The position numbers were made by a program, and so were the translations under genes. Of a stretch of 64,000 nucleotides of DNA, positions 11,425-24,700 are shown piece by piece. Below the pieces are notes generated by a model. It worked only from the letters and a program-made list of their open reading frames with translations. It searched no databases and was not told the DNA's origin. The DNA comes from Pristiophorus japonicus (Eukaryota): the NCBI RefSeq assembly GCF_044704955.1, contig NC_091977.1, positions 510,818,001-510,882,000 of the forward strand. Reading direction: 5' to 3'. The number at the start of each line of letters is the position of its first letter. Position 1 is the stretch's first letter.

Positions 11425-13431
11425 GTGAGTAGCCAGCTTTGCTGAATTAACTTGTATTGTGTGTCCTATAGTACTTCACCGTGCTCTTCTGTTCCCACTG
11501 TGGTGAAATTACTGAACCTGAGCTCTTTAGAGTCATGGAGGTTGTATAAGGTACACATTAACAAGTCCTGCATTAGATTTCTTCTGTGTGCTGTTTGTAA
11601 TAAAGTCATAAACACATTCTTTATTTTATTCCTGCTTAACTTTGTTATTTCCTGAATGTGGTGAATCACAATAGTGCCAGGTTCCACTTGAGGTGACCTT
11701 CCTCTGCTGCCTGCTCTAATTGGCTGCCCTTGACAGTGAGAGGTAATTTTGGTCTTCAACGCATGGGTGGTAAGCTGGCAGAGTCAATCACCTGCCTGTT
11801 AAAATCAATGCTGGAGCACTCAAAGGCACTGCAAGGAAAGCCCTCTTCAGCCAATGCCTCACAGCCAACCTGACGACATCCAGTGAACCACAGAGTGTCC
11901 ATAGTGCCTGGTCTGCCCTCAAGTCCACTATAATTAGCACCTGTGAAGAGATTCTTGGTTATTCTATCAGAAAACATCAAGACTGGTTCGATGAGCATGA
12001 CCAAGAGATCCAGGAACTAATAAACGCAAGGCATTTTTGAATTGGAAACAACACCACAACTCGAGTGAAAGCAGACCTACAGACAACTGAAGGTCAAGGT
12101 CCAACAAAAAACTCGTGACCTAAAGAGCAGATGGTGGATGGTAAAAGCGCAGGAGATCTAGCCGACAATCACAACATGTGTGGATTTTTTAGTGCAGTCA
12201 AGACCACCGACGGCCCAAGCACTCAAGGTGCTAATCCACTGAGAGCCGAGAATGGAGGGGTGCTCATCAAGGACAGAGAGGAAGTCAATGCCTGCTGGAA
12301 GGAGCACTTCGAAGATCTCCTTAACCAAGACTCTGTCTTTTAAGTAAGTGTCTTTGAATCTATCCCACATTATGCTACCCGCCACCACCTCGGCACAATT
12401 CCAGCCCAGCATGAGGTTGAAAAGCCATCCGACAACTGAAAAACAACAAGGCCTCAGGAGCAGATGGAATCCCCGCCGAAGTACTAAAGCATGGTGGAGA
12501 AATACTCTTGGCGTGAATCCATGACCTCATCTTCCTTATCTGGAAGGAAGAGGGCATGCCAAGGGATTTCAGAGATGCCGTAATCGTACCCATCTTCAAG
12601 AAAGGGGACAAGTCCGACTGCGATATTTACAGAGGAGTTTCCCTGCTGTCTGCTGCAGGGAAAATCATTGCAAGAATCTTCCTCAATCGTCACTTCCCAG
12701 TGGCAATGCAGATTCAGTCCACTAAGGGGGACAATGGACATGATCTTCACCGCATAACAAATCCAAGAAAAAGTTAGGGAGCAGCATCAACCTCTGTACA
12801 TGGCTTTCTTTGACCTCACAAAGGCCTTCGACTCTGTCAACAGTGAGGAGTGTCCTTCTTAAATTCGGCTCGCCGCAAAAATTTGTCACCATCCTCCGCC
12901 TACTTCACGATGACATGCAAGTCGTGATTCTTACCAACGGATCCACCACAGTCCGAATACAGGTGCAGACCTGGGTCAAGCAAGGCTGTGTCATCACACC
13001 AATGTTCTTCTCAATCTTCCTCGTGCAATGCTTCATCTCACCTTTAACAAGCAGGAGTGGAATTAATCTACAGGACAATAGAGAAATTGTTCCAACCTCT
13101 GTCATTGAATTACAATATGCAGATGAGGCTTGCATTTGTGCACACTCGGAGTGGAACTCCAACCCATCGTTGACACCTTCACTGAAGCGTATGAGAGTCT
13201 GGGCCTTACATTAAACATCCTTAAGACAAGGGTTCTCTACCAACCTGCCCTCGCCACACAGTACTGCCCCCCGAATATCAAGATCCATGACGAGACCTTG
13301 GACAATGTGGACCTTGGACCACTTTCAATACCTTGGGAGCCTACTATCAGAAAGGGCAGACATCGATGACGAAATCCAACACTGCCTTCAGTGTGCCAGT
13401 TCAGCCTTCAGCCGCCTGAGGAAAAGACCAG

Positions 13432-16400
13432 GGGCTAGAACCTCCACTTTATTTGCATGCCTAACGCCCACTTAACGCCCATTTTGCCACTGAAATTACG
13501 TATAACGCCCATATATCGCCCATTTTGGCACAAAATGGAAACTGACGGGCATTTTTAGGAAACTTATCACCGAGCGTTACTTTCCCCGTGTGCTTAACGT
13601 CGGGAAAAAATATTACCACCCGCCCACTTTTTGGGGGCGGAATCAGCAGAATGGGCAAAATCAACGGCCATAATATCAGCCAGCGTTACTTTCCGCAGGG
13701 AATTAACGCTGAGATTCAATATTAACGCCCGCCCACTGTTTTTTGTTGTAAAGAGCATATTTACCCAAACTAGTGGCCATGAGATTGCCCATCGTCAATT
13801 TCCCCACCTCGCACACATATCGCCCACAATATCGCTCACCCAAAAAATTGCCCACAAAAAGAGGAACTAACCGGAACGAAGGCCAGCGGTGCTGCTGGCA
13901 TTTGTTAAATCCCATTCTTACGTGAGGAGCTGATATCTGAACGATTTGCCTGAAAGAGCGCTGATGTGAGTGACAACGCTGACACACTGCTGTGTGTGTG
14001 CAGCTCAGACATCAATGGTGCCCATCACCTTGGTGCCAGTTAAAGTTTACATCGATTGATGTTAAGTTGTATTTAACCCTTTCATGGTAAGGAATCATCA
14101 GTGTGTGACGGTCCAGCTATCTGAGACAATGCGCTACAAGGTTATGTTCAATAACAAAAAATTAATACTAAAATTGGTCTGAAATCATAAGTATCACAGC
14201 CAATAACACCCAACCCCCGCCCACACCCCACTTTCCCCACCATTGACATCAATCACATGTTCAACATGTCCAGCAACACAGAATACAAAGGCAAAGCAGG
14301 AGCGTGGTCCCCAGCCCCCATAGATTGCAATAAACTGCATACACCCAGATGGAGATATAACACAGCCATTACCTGCGCACATACACCTCACTTTCCTTCT
14401 CCCCTCCCCTTATTCTCCTCACCTCTATCCCTTCCCCTCCTCGCTCCACGGCGCCTGGCCGAGGAGCTCCTCTGGTGGTGCCTCATTGGGGGGGATGAAG
14501 GCAGAGGCGCACGGGTACAGGAGTGAGGGATGCCAATCAGGCAACATTCTCTGATGCAGAAGCAGGATCTTTGTCCTTGCTCTCTTCTGTCATTCACAGT
14601 GGTGGTGCGGAACCTAGAGGTGGAGTGCCGCGCTCGGGGACCACTGGGAAGCCTGTGCCAGCAGTGTTCCTGGCTATCGCATCCAGGGCCTCCGCCATGC
14701 GCAGAATGTACTCGGTCATGGTGGCCAGGTGTCAGTATATGTCCCCCCAATGCTTTGATGAGCTGGTCACCAATGTCTACAGTCCTCCTGGACAACTGTA
14801 CCATCTCTCCGCTATCATGTCGCGCTTGTGGACCAGACCTGCTGCGTCCACGAGGCCTCTGCGGGTTCGGCGCCGTCCTGGGGTGCCCTGTGACAAGGTG
14901 CTTGGGACCGGTACCTCCAGAGTGGAGGCGGGAATGACTGGAGGACCACCAGATGGCCTTGGGGTGGAATGGCTTCTGGAGCATGGCGATGCAGGTTCTT
15001 TGAAGTCCGCGCTCTCATGTGTCGAGAACAGACCCAGCGGATTGACGGGCGAGAATCAGAGCTCCTCAGTAGCAGATGTAGTCGTATCATCCACCGACTC
15101 CTGCCCCGCGCCCCCACCTTCTGCCTGGGGCCACACTGCTGGCTGAGTTGCAAGACATAAATGAGGTTATTAGAGGAGAAGGGGGGGTGCTCGGGTGACA
15201 AGGTGAGTCCAGCTCTACACACAGCATATGCACGACAAAAGCACCACCGCTATCAAAATCATCACAGACATCACATTTCATGACCATCAACACATTGTGC
15301 ATTGCAATAATTTTCATTAGGCCAGCATTATTTCTATGACAATTTTAGAAATCATCTATCATATATGATTGTTCGGATATGAGTGGGTGTGACATCTATA
15401 GACTTTACATGATGCAATTGTGTAAGCTTTACTCACGTGGCATCACTTCAGGGTCTGCAGATGCATCCGTGGCTGTCCGGGGGTGCTTCCCCACGAGTGT
15501 GAGCACCTGCTCCTCCATCTCAGTGATGTCGCTGGGGACTAGTGGCCCCCCCACCCGTTCGCCTCTGCACGGACCTCATCGTCGATAACTTTTTCTGTAA
15601 AAGGTGACAGGACGATATGGCATGAGATAATTGCGTGATATCATTGCTAGATACTGTCACAGTCACTGATACAACACATAACCGACAGATGTAATCATGA
15701 TTATTATGATAATTATCATTCTTTACCTAAAGACCTACACGTAAAGGCTTTGAGTAAAACATTCCTGGTAAAAGTGGAAGACCTCACATCTGCTGATAGT
15801 CACTCATGACTGTTGCAAATCAAATTATATAAATACATAAGTACATGTAAATCAATGTAATACTTACTCTTGCGGATCCCACAAGATCGTTCCATCGTTT
15901 GCGGCATTGGTTGCCCTCACGCACCTCATTGGTCGTCGACGAGACCACCTCTGCTATCTCGGTCCCTATCTTCTGGTAGGCCTTTGGGGTGGGCTTCCCA
16001 CGCCCTTCCTGTGTCAAATCACCCCAGCGTAACTTGACCTCCTGCATTTGCCTCGTCCAAGAACCTCCCGGCTCTTTTGCGCCCTCCAATATGCTCCTCT
16101 CCCACCTCACTGCTCTCTCCAGCGTCAGTCTCCACAGCATGCTGTGATGCCTCTTCCTCTCTCTCCATTATCGGTCAAATTCGGTCAAATATGTGGCTGT
16201 TAACAGCTAATTTTTGTTTGCCTACTTGCTGTGAAGCGCTAAAGTCTCCCTCCTTCCTCCTAAAGCAGCCACACCACACCCAGCCACACCTTCAGTCCCT
16301 CTGAGCTCCCTCTCTCTCTCTGTCTCCTTTTCTGCGCATGTCATGGTGACCCTTGACCTCCAGAATTGCGGGAATCGAGCGTTGCCATGCCGTTGCTAAG

Positions 16401-16582
16401 GACGGCCACATTTTATGGCAGAAGGTCAGAAAAATTTAACGCTACTGCCCATTTTATATCGGTTGCGGTAACGCCTAGGCGGTTTGAGAATGGACGAGAA
16501 GCCGGCGATCTGAAAACCCTTTTTTACCACTCACGCCGGAAATATCGCCTAGCAATAACCACAAAAGTGGAGGTTCTAGCCC
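13432..16582 (-). mobile_element. PIF/Harbinger DNA transposon, non-autonomous (transposase deleted, Myb/SANT gene retained)
   Basis: Perfect 19-bp TIR gggctagaacctccacttt / aaagtggaggttctagccc, subterminal AACGCCC/ATCGCCC repeats, interrupts the RTE. Confidence 0.85.
14400..16168 (-). pseudogene. Harbinger Myb/SANT-like (NAIF1/MSANTD-type) DNA-binding gene, intron-containing and frameshifted
   Basis: Exon 16168-15868 (RKRAGRFLDEAN..QEVKLRW..QCRKRWNDL, GTAAGT donor); exon 15594-15437 (KKLSTMRSVQRRTGG.., GTGAGT donor); decayed third exon. Confidence 0.8.
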
Positions 16583-17504
16583 AAAGATTTCAAACCCAGC
16601 ACCAAGCTTATGGTCTACAGAGCAGTAGTGGCACTCACCCTCCTATAGGCTTCTGTGACATGGACAATGTACACTCGACACCTTAAAGCACTGGAGAAGT
16701 ACCACCAACACTTCCTCCGCAAAATCCTGCAAATTCATTGGCAGGATAGGCACACCAATGTCAGCGTTCTCTCTCAGGCCAACATCCCCAGCATCGAGGC
16801 ATTGACCACACTCATCAGATCCGATGGATGGTCCACATTGTGCGCATGCCCGATACTAGACTCCTGAAACAAGCACTCCACTCCGAGCTACATCACAGCA
16901 AGCGAGTCGCAGAAGGGCAGAGAAAATGCTTCAAGGACATCCTCAAAGCCTCCTTGAAAAAATGTAACATCCCCACCGACTCTTGGGAATCCCTGGCCCA
17001 AGACCGCTCAAAGTAGAAGAGGAGCATCCGAGAAGGCATCGAACACTACGAGTCTTCGCCCGGGAGCACACGAAAGCCAAGTATAAACAGCGGAAGGAGC
17101 GCACAACAAATCAAGCACCCCACACACCCACCCGTACAACCACTGTCTGTCCCACCTGTAACAGAGACTGTAGATCCCACATTGGTCTTAGAAGAACTCA
17201 TTTTAGTGTGGAAGCAAGTCATCCTGGACTCCGGGGGAGCCCGTTTGCTTCCATTGAAATGAATGGAATGAAAATCGGGCGGGTTATACAATGGGTGATC
17301 TGCACCACCGGTTTAATGACCGCACGATGAAGAGGACAATTCAACCCCGAGTGTCTGCGGAATATCCTCTCAGTCCTGTTTTGACCCAACATCCACATGG
17401 GCTCACACACATCTTCCAGCAGGAGTCACTGGACCAGGAGTAGGAATCCTGAAAAAGTTCCTCCCCCCTTGCCTTGAGCATTGAGGACACTTACAATAGG
17501 GCTA

Positions 17505-17920
17505 ATTTTTTTATTCATTCATGAGATGTGAGCGTTGCTGGCAAGGTCAGCATTTATTGACCATCCCTAATTGCCCTTGAGATGGAGGTGGTGAGTTGCC
17601 ATTTCAGAGGGCAGTTAAGAGTCAACCACATTGTTGTGGGTCTGGAGTCACATATAGGCCAGACCAGATAAGGATGGCAGATTTCCTTCCCTAAAAGACA
17701 TTATTGAACCAGATGAATATTTAACGACAATCCGGTAGTTTCACCGTCACCATGACTGATACTAGCTTTTCATTCCAGATTTATTTAATTAACTGAATTT
17801 AAATTCCCTCGCTGCCGTGGTGGGATTTGAACTTGTGTCTCCGGATCATTAGTCCACGGCTCAAGTTACTGGACTAGATTACTATTTTAGTAATATAACC
17901 ACTCCGCGACTGTACCCGAT
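17505..17920 (-). mobile_element. Meta-domain-type tRNA SINE, near full length
   Basis: Reverse complement of the shared core, with tRNA-like head and gcccacat..atgaat tail. Confidence 0.8.
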
Positions 17921-18959
17921 ACTTTGACTTTGGACCAAGTGTAAAACATCAGTCCGTTAAACACCTCCCCCGATTTTCATTTTGATGCCTTCAATGAAAA
18001 CGGAAATCGGCAGAGGCGTTGAGCGGGTGGCCGAGCCGATTCCGCCAGTTTTACTCTATCGTCTAAAGCCCAAATTATCCCCAGTGAGTGTCTAACATGC
18101 ATCGTGGCTGAGATCAGCAAATTCGGCAGAGACAGGTGATCAAGCCCGAGAACATCCTGGTCTATATGAGCATCTACAAACTGGGCCATCAGGGGGAGCT
18201 CTAACACATTGCAAAAGGAGACTTGTGATTCTATTGTACGCAGGCAATAAATTTGTGTTCCCGTGTTTGTCATCAAAGATTCTTTCAGCCTGTGTAGGTT
18301 TTCTCTCCCAATACTTTCACCAGAAATTGTCAGCCATTGTTTTTTTTCTTAATTTCTTTTGGCTGGAATGCTGAATGGGAGCACGTCAATTTACAAAGGA
18401 AGATTTTTCAGTGGAACTAGATTTGCAAAAATAATTACAAGATGTTATGGAATGGAAACAAAGAAAAAAAATGAGCCTTTCCATAGTGCTTTATCGTGTG
18501 CTGAGGACATCCCAAAGCGCTTTCCGACCAATGAATTATAAGGAAGTGATGCAATTGAATTTTTTAGCGGCTTGTTATTTTCTCTCTTCATCCCTCAGAA
18601 GCCCTCCCATTGGCCAGGCACACCTGTGGTCACACGGGGTTGGCTACCTACTTGAGACCACTCGAGCACTGTCCTTGACCACCTGGCAGAGGCTCACCAC
18701 ACATAGTTCTGCTTAGTACACTTCCAAATCAGACTCTCCAAATGACCCAGATCTTAAAACCAATGGACAGAAAATGGCGAGCCACTCGTCCATGAATTGA
18801 CGATGAGATTTTCTGTCCCACTAGACTCTTACACCCAGGTGTTAAAGAGAAATCTCTGTGACCCCCCCGCCCCCACCGTACCATGTGTTGCCAGCATTCA
18901 GACTGAGAGGGTGGAATTGTTCACTTACTGATAGTTGCTGTGGGGAAGAGCAAAACTAG

Positions 18960-19250
18960 AGGCCTTCAATATAAGATAGTCACCAAGAAATCCAATAGGG
19001 AATTCAGAAGAAACTTCTTTACCCAGAAAGTGGCGAGAATGTGGAACTCGCCACCACAGGGAGGAGGTGAGGCCAATAGTATAGATACATTTAAGTAGAG
19101 GCTAGATAAGCATATGAGGGAGAAGAAAATAGAGGGTTATGCAGATAGAGTTAATGAGGAAAGACGGGAGGAGGCTCGAGTGGAGCATAAAGGCCAGCAT
19201 GGACTGATTGGGCCGAATGGCCTGTTTCAGTGCTGTATATCCTATGTAAT
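18960..19250 (+). mobile_element. CR1 LINE 3' fragment
   Basis: ttcagaagaaacttctttacccag...gggccgaatggcctg. Confidence 0.8.
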
Positions 19251-19589
19251 CCGATGTAGATCTTCCTCTACTTTGTCCCTGCACCACAGCAGGATGGCAG
19301 AGATACATGAGGCAGTTGTCAGCTTGAGCTTAAATCTGGCGAGCAGTGGGTAGGGTGTGTGCTGTGCCCAGCTGATGGAATTAGTGTGGGACCCACACTA
19401 TTATTGTGGTCAAGCCTAATTTAAATTAAATTCCTGAGCTGCCAGCGCAAAGCATGCTGCCCGAAAGACAGATTGGAAGGGCAGAATATCCAGCTAGGCG
19501 GCCGCTACTTAAAGGCATCCAGTAACCCTCAAAGGACAGGTGCTTTCTACACTGGTAGACAACACGTTTGTGGAGCAGCAGGCAAGATG

Positions 19590-20760
19590 AACATGACTGT
19601 GGGCCCCAAGTTTTCTGATCCAGCCGTGGAGTTGTTGGTTGACCAAGTGAGCAGCAGGAAGGAGGTCCTGTACCTGTCTGATGGGCAACATGGAGAGAGG
19701 TGGCAAAAACGTTGCCATGCATCTGTTGGTGGTTACCCTTGTCGCTACAATGCTAACCCTTATCGCTCTTCCCCTTTTTCGAGGTCCATCAAACAATTCA
19801 GTCATTGTGGTCACACAGACTGCAAAGGGAGAACCCTGCAAAATATGCACTGGCACTCATTCTTACCCTTCCAAACTTTAAGAGAAGAGTTCGCGCCCCT
19901 CATGGTATGGAGGATGAGTTGGAAGGGTCTGCACTGGGACAATTCGCTGAGTACAAGTGAGCAGACGCAAGAGGAAAGAACGGCCCAGGAAACAGTTAGC
20001 CGGAGGAGCAGGTCATCTCCTGGCTCTGCGAAAGAGGACAGAGGTGCAGACTTTAGGAGCCAAACATTTAACATGAAGATGATTTCTGTGAACCAGAAAA
20101 TGAGTTTATTGAACGGTCTTCCAGGGAGCCTCCGGAAAATGGCGAAGTGTGTCGAGGAATCCACCACCAATTTATTGTGGGCTTCTGAAGCATTGCATCG
20201 ATGCTCTGCAGTCAACCATGAAGCGTATAGTCACTTCACTGGACAGTGCAGCTGGACCCTCCCTGCAGGGGTCTGTAGCATCAGTAATAGCAGCTCTTGG
20301 TCATGCTCATACTGAGGCCCTGCAAGCTCTGGGATCTGCCAACTTCTTCACCTTGGACGGGCTGGTAGACCAAATAGGATCACAGACCACCTTCTGAAGG
20401 GTAATTAGGGTTGGGCAATAAATGCTGGCCTTGCCAGCGATGCCCACATCCCATGAACAAATAAAAAAAAATAGATCTCCATCGCCTGCTCGCCACAGAT
20501 CAGTGCGAGAGCTGAGCCAGAGCCTGGTAGAAGAGGCAGTCTTGCAATGGGAATGGAAGATGTTGCCATCTCTCCCGACCCCTTGAACCGATTCCCTGGT
20601 GACAGAAGCCAGCTGGGCCGAGGTGCCGCCATCTGCAGCCAGGTTCCCACTGGCCTGAGTGAGGTCTCTGCCACCCACAGCTTGAAGGTCAAACCCGAGT
20701 ATGAACTTCAAAATCCTGCAACATCCCCTGCTGGGTGTACTTCCATTGCAGTCTGCCGCA
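19590..20760 (+). pseudogene. Second, older Harbinger-type Myb/SANT gene remnant
   Basis: GPKFSDPAVELLVDQVSSRKEVLY resembles the Myb_DNA-bind_5 N-terminus; downstream coiled-coil-like LNGLPGSLRKMAKCVEES; no TIRs found. Confidence 0.5.
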
Positions 20761-21450
20761 GTTACGGACAAGCTTTTAAAATGCATTTATTTATTCATTC
20801 CAGTGGAGTCAGCAGCAGTGTCATCGATGATTGACGTTGCCTGAAAGTTTATACTTGACTGGTCAAAGGAGATAAGGAGTTCAATATTTGAGAGTGACCC
20901 CCTTCATTCTTCTGGATGGCTATGAGAGTGTTGTGTACAGGATGCAACAGCCATTTAGCAACAATACAAAACAAATGACGTCAGCCAATGATTGTGGGAA
21001 CATGGCAGAAATGCAGGCACTTGATACTATGATGCATTTCCCCACTTACAATGAATTGGTCTTCGGAACAATTTTTACAATCTATTTAAGCTCTTCGGTT
21101 ATCCTGCAGACCTTGGTGCTATTACACTAAATCAGTCAAGCAGCAAAACTACTGGGAATTATCTGGTTGTCACGTTGCAAGTTTCCTAAAGTGGAGGATC
21201 GCCAATGAGAGTATGTAATGAAAGTCCTGCACTAAGTCTATGCCACTGTTAGTGAAAACAAAATAAGAATTTGCACTGAATTGAATGGAATTTTACAGCA
21301 CAGAAACAGGCCATTCAGCCCAACAGGTCCCGATTATGGAGAATGAGCTGCTTAGAGAGTCCCTGCTCCTGTGCAAGTTCTTGACAGCTTTCTTGCTCTT
21401 TTTGCTTCGTTGCTTTAAACATTGGCATTACACACATACTCAGTTGTAGT

Positions 21451-21663
21451 TGTTATGTTCAGAGTAACTCCACAAGACTGTATATTGTAAGCTCAAACTG
21501 TTGTGACCTTGGCCTCTTTAATGTAACTCCAGAATGAGGAAGCAGCATGGTAGACTGCTTTTTATACCTGCTTGCCCAGGGTGTGCAGGTGACCCTTGGG
21601 TCTCCCACATGTGCGCCCCCTGGTGGCAAGTCTTACACATTGGTAACGTTTACATACATAACA
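21451..21663 (-). mobile_element. Solo LTR (Gypsy type)
   Basis: TGTTATGT...ACATAACA termini, 5-bp TSD GTAGT, TATAAAA on the minus strand. Confidence 0.88.
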
Positions 21664-21705
21664 GTAGTAATGGCAGGATCTGGTCTTTTATTTAAACATT
21701 CATAC

Positions 21706-24700
21706 TGTAATGTCCTTACACACTACTATAAATTCACACGAGGCACATTCTGCAGACAAGGTCACTCTGTGACCTGAACCTTTATTCACAGGACCAAGAA
21801 GTGATGACCCTGCGTGGGACCTCCCTTTATATACCTGGATGACCAGGTGAGGAGTGTCTCCCACAAGTTCACCCCCTGTGGTCAAGGTGTGCATTTCTTA
21901 GGTGTATACAGTATGCAGTGTTGTTATGAAGGTTACAGTTACATGAAGGTTACATACATGACATCACCTCCACCCTAACGTCTTATGAGGTCAAAGATTA
22001 AGTCTTTCAGGCGGTCGACGCTCTCTCGTGGAGCGCTGCAGTTGGGGCTCTGGTTGTTGAGCCTTGGCATGCGTCTCTGTCACCTGTGGTGATTCCGGCT
22101 TGTCCGGCTGGCTACAGGGACTGTGCATGCTGCTGACTGTTCTTGTTGCTCATTCACTGGCGGTGCTATGGGCAACATCTCATGATCTTCCTCAGGTTCC
22201 TCAGTGTCCATGCTGAACCTTTTTTTTACTTGGTCTAGATACTTGCGGCATATCTGTCCATTGTTAAGTCTGACCACTATGACCCTATTGCGCTCTTTGC
22301 CAATTACAGTACCCTCAAGCCATTTGGGCCCCAAAGCGTGATTAAGAACAAATACAGGGTCATCGATTTCTATACATCTCCCCTTTGAGTTACGGTCATG
22401 GCACTCATTTTGGGACTGGCGCTTGCCCTCAACAATGTCTGACAGGACTGGATGAATGAGGGACAGCCGAGTTTTAAGTGTACGTTTCATGAGTAGTTCC
22501 GCGGGCGGGACTCCCGTGACCGAATGTGGTCGGGACCTATAGGCCAGCAGGAGGCGCTATAGGCTGCATTGAAGGATGGGTCCTTGATTCCGGAGCATGC
22601 CCTGTTTTATGATTTGGACCGCACGTTCCGCCTGGCCATTGGAAGCCGGTTTGAACGGTGCTGTCCTGACATGTTTGATGCCATTACCCGACATGAACTC
22701 CCGGAATTTATAACTAGTTAAACACGGGCCGTTGTTGCTAACCAGGATGACCGGCAAGCCGTGGGTCGCAAAGACCGCACGCAGACTCTCCACAATGGTG
22801 GATGTCGTGCACAAATTCAAAATGATGCACTCGATCCATTTCGAGTACGCATCAGCAACAATGAGGAATATTTTTCCCATGAACGGGCCCGCGTAGTCTA
22901 CGTGAATATGTGACCATGGCCTGCTGGGCCAGGGCCACGGGCTGAGTGGGGCCTCCGTGGCCCCATGTCGTGCACCTGCGAACAGAGTGTTCCAGGTTTG
23001 AGTCAATTCCCGGCCACCATACATGTGACCGGGCAATGGCCTTCATTAGCACGATGCCTGGGTGCTCGCTGTGGAGTTTCCTGATGAATGCTTCCCTTCC
23101 CTTCTGGAGCATGACTACCCGGCTGCCCCATTGTAGGCAGTCGGCTTGGATGGAGAGCTCATCCATCCGTCTGTGAAACGGTCTGACCTCCTCGGGGCAT
23201 GCTCAGTGTGCGGGCGCCCAATCCCCAGTCAGGACACATTTCTTAATCAAGGATAGGAGGGGATCTCTGTTGGTCCAGATTTTGATCTGGCGGGCTGTGA
23301 TGGGGGAGCCTGCGCTGTCAAAGGCTTCAACGGCCATGACCATCTCTGCGCTTTGCTCCGCTGCCCCCTCAGTGGTAGCCAGTGGAAGCCTGCTGAGCGT
23401 GTCAGCGCAATTTTTGGTGCCTGGCCCGTGCCGGATGGTGTAGTCATACGCAGCCAGCGTGAGAGCCCATCGCTGTATGCGAATTGACGCATTAGCATTG
23501 ACAGCTTTGCTGTCGGACAACAGGGATGTTAACGGCTTATGGTCCATTTCTAACTCGAACCTTCTGCCAAAAAGGTACTGGTGCATCTTTTTCACCCCAT
23601 AGACACATGCGAGTGCTTTCTTTTCAACCATCCCATATCCTCATTCTGCTTGGGAGAGCGACCTGGAGCCATAAGCCACAGGTTGGAGTTGGCCCTCATC
23701 TTTACTCTGCTGCAACACGCACCCATCCGATCATGGACTCTTCCCACCCCATATGCATCACATATCAAAACCAATTTCTTACAGGGGTTGTACAGAGTCA
23801 ACAGCTTATTAGAACAAGGCAGGTTCTGCGCCCGATTGAAAGCCCGTTCCTGACAGTCCCCCCAAAACCAATCACAACCCTTACGCAGGAGCACGTGTAG
23901 CGGCTCCAACAATGTGCTTAAGTTCGGCAGAAAGTTCCCGAAATAGTTCAAGAATCCCAGAAATGAACGCAACTTCGATGTGTTGCCGGGCCTGGGCACA
24001 CGACGAATCGCCTCCGTTTTGGATTCAGTAGGCCAGATCCCGTCTGCGGCAACCCTCCTGCCCAAAAACTCGACCTTTGGGGCCAAAAGCACACACTTGG
24101 ACATCTTTAGTCGCAGGCCTGCCCGGTCCAATCGGCGTAGCACCTCCTCCAGGTTGTGGAGGTGTTCCTCGGTGTCTCGATCCGTGATAAGGATGTCGTC
24201 CTGAAATAAGATTGTTCCAGGGATGGATTTGAGCAGGCTTTCCATGTTCCTTTGAAAGATAGCGGCTGCTGAACGAATGCCAAACGGACACCTGTTGTCG
24301 ACAAACAGCCCCTTGTGCGTGGTGATGGTAGTCAGTAGCTTGGATTCTTCAGCCAGTTCCTGGGCCATGTAGGCTGAAGTGAGGTCCAACTTGGTGAACA
24401 GCTTGCCACCTGCCAACGTGGCAAAAAGATCCTCCGCTCTCGGAAGCGGTTATTGGTCTTGTAGTGACACTCAGTTGATAGTGGCCTTGTAGTCGCCACA
24501 GATCCTGACCGAGCCATCCGTTTTTAGGACAGGGACGATGGGGCTTGTCCAGTCGCTGAATTCAACGGGCAAAATTATGCTCTCTCTTAGCAACCTGTCC
24601 AACTCACTCTCAATTTTCTCCTGCATCACATACGGCACAGCTCTGGCTTTGAGGTGCACTGATCTGGCATCCGGGGTGATGCGTATCACTACTTTGGTAC

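Larger units (their letters stand above)
11900..17235 (+). mobile_element. RTE-clade (BovB-like) LINE, degenerate, split by a Harbinger transposon at 13432-16582
   Basis: RT motifs IFKKGDKSDCDIYRGVSLL, VKQGCV, LQYADE, FQYLGS; resumes at 16583 and ends in CPTCNRDCRSHIGL. Confidence 0.88.

Noticed and set aside
14388-15317. Cluster of overlapping GC-rich ORFs
   Set aside because: Frames of the decayed third exon of the Harbinger Myb gene
19473-20315. 280-aa ORF as a nested functional gene
   Set aside because: Non-ATG start, and Myb similarity is limited to a short stretch before the frame drifts; treated as a TE fossil
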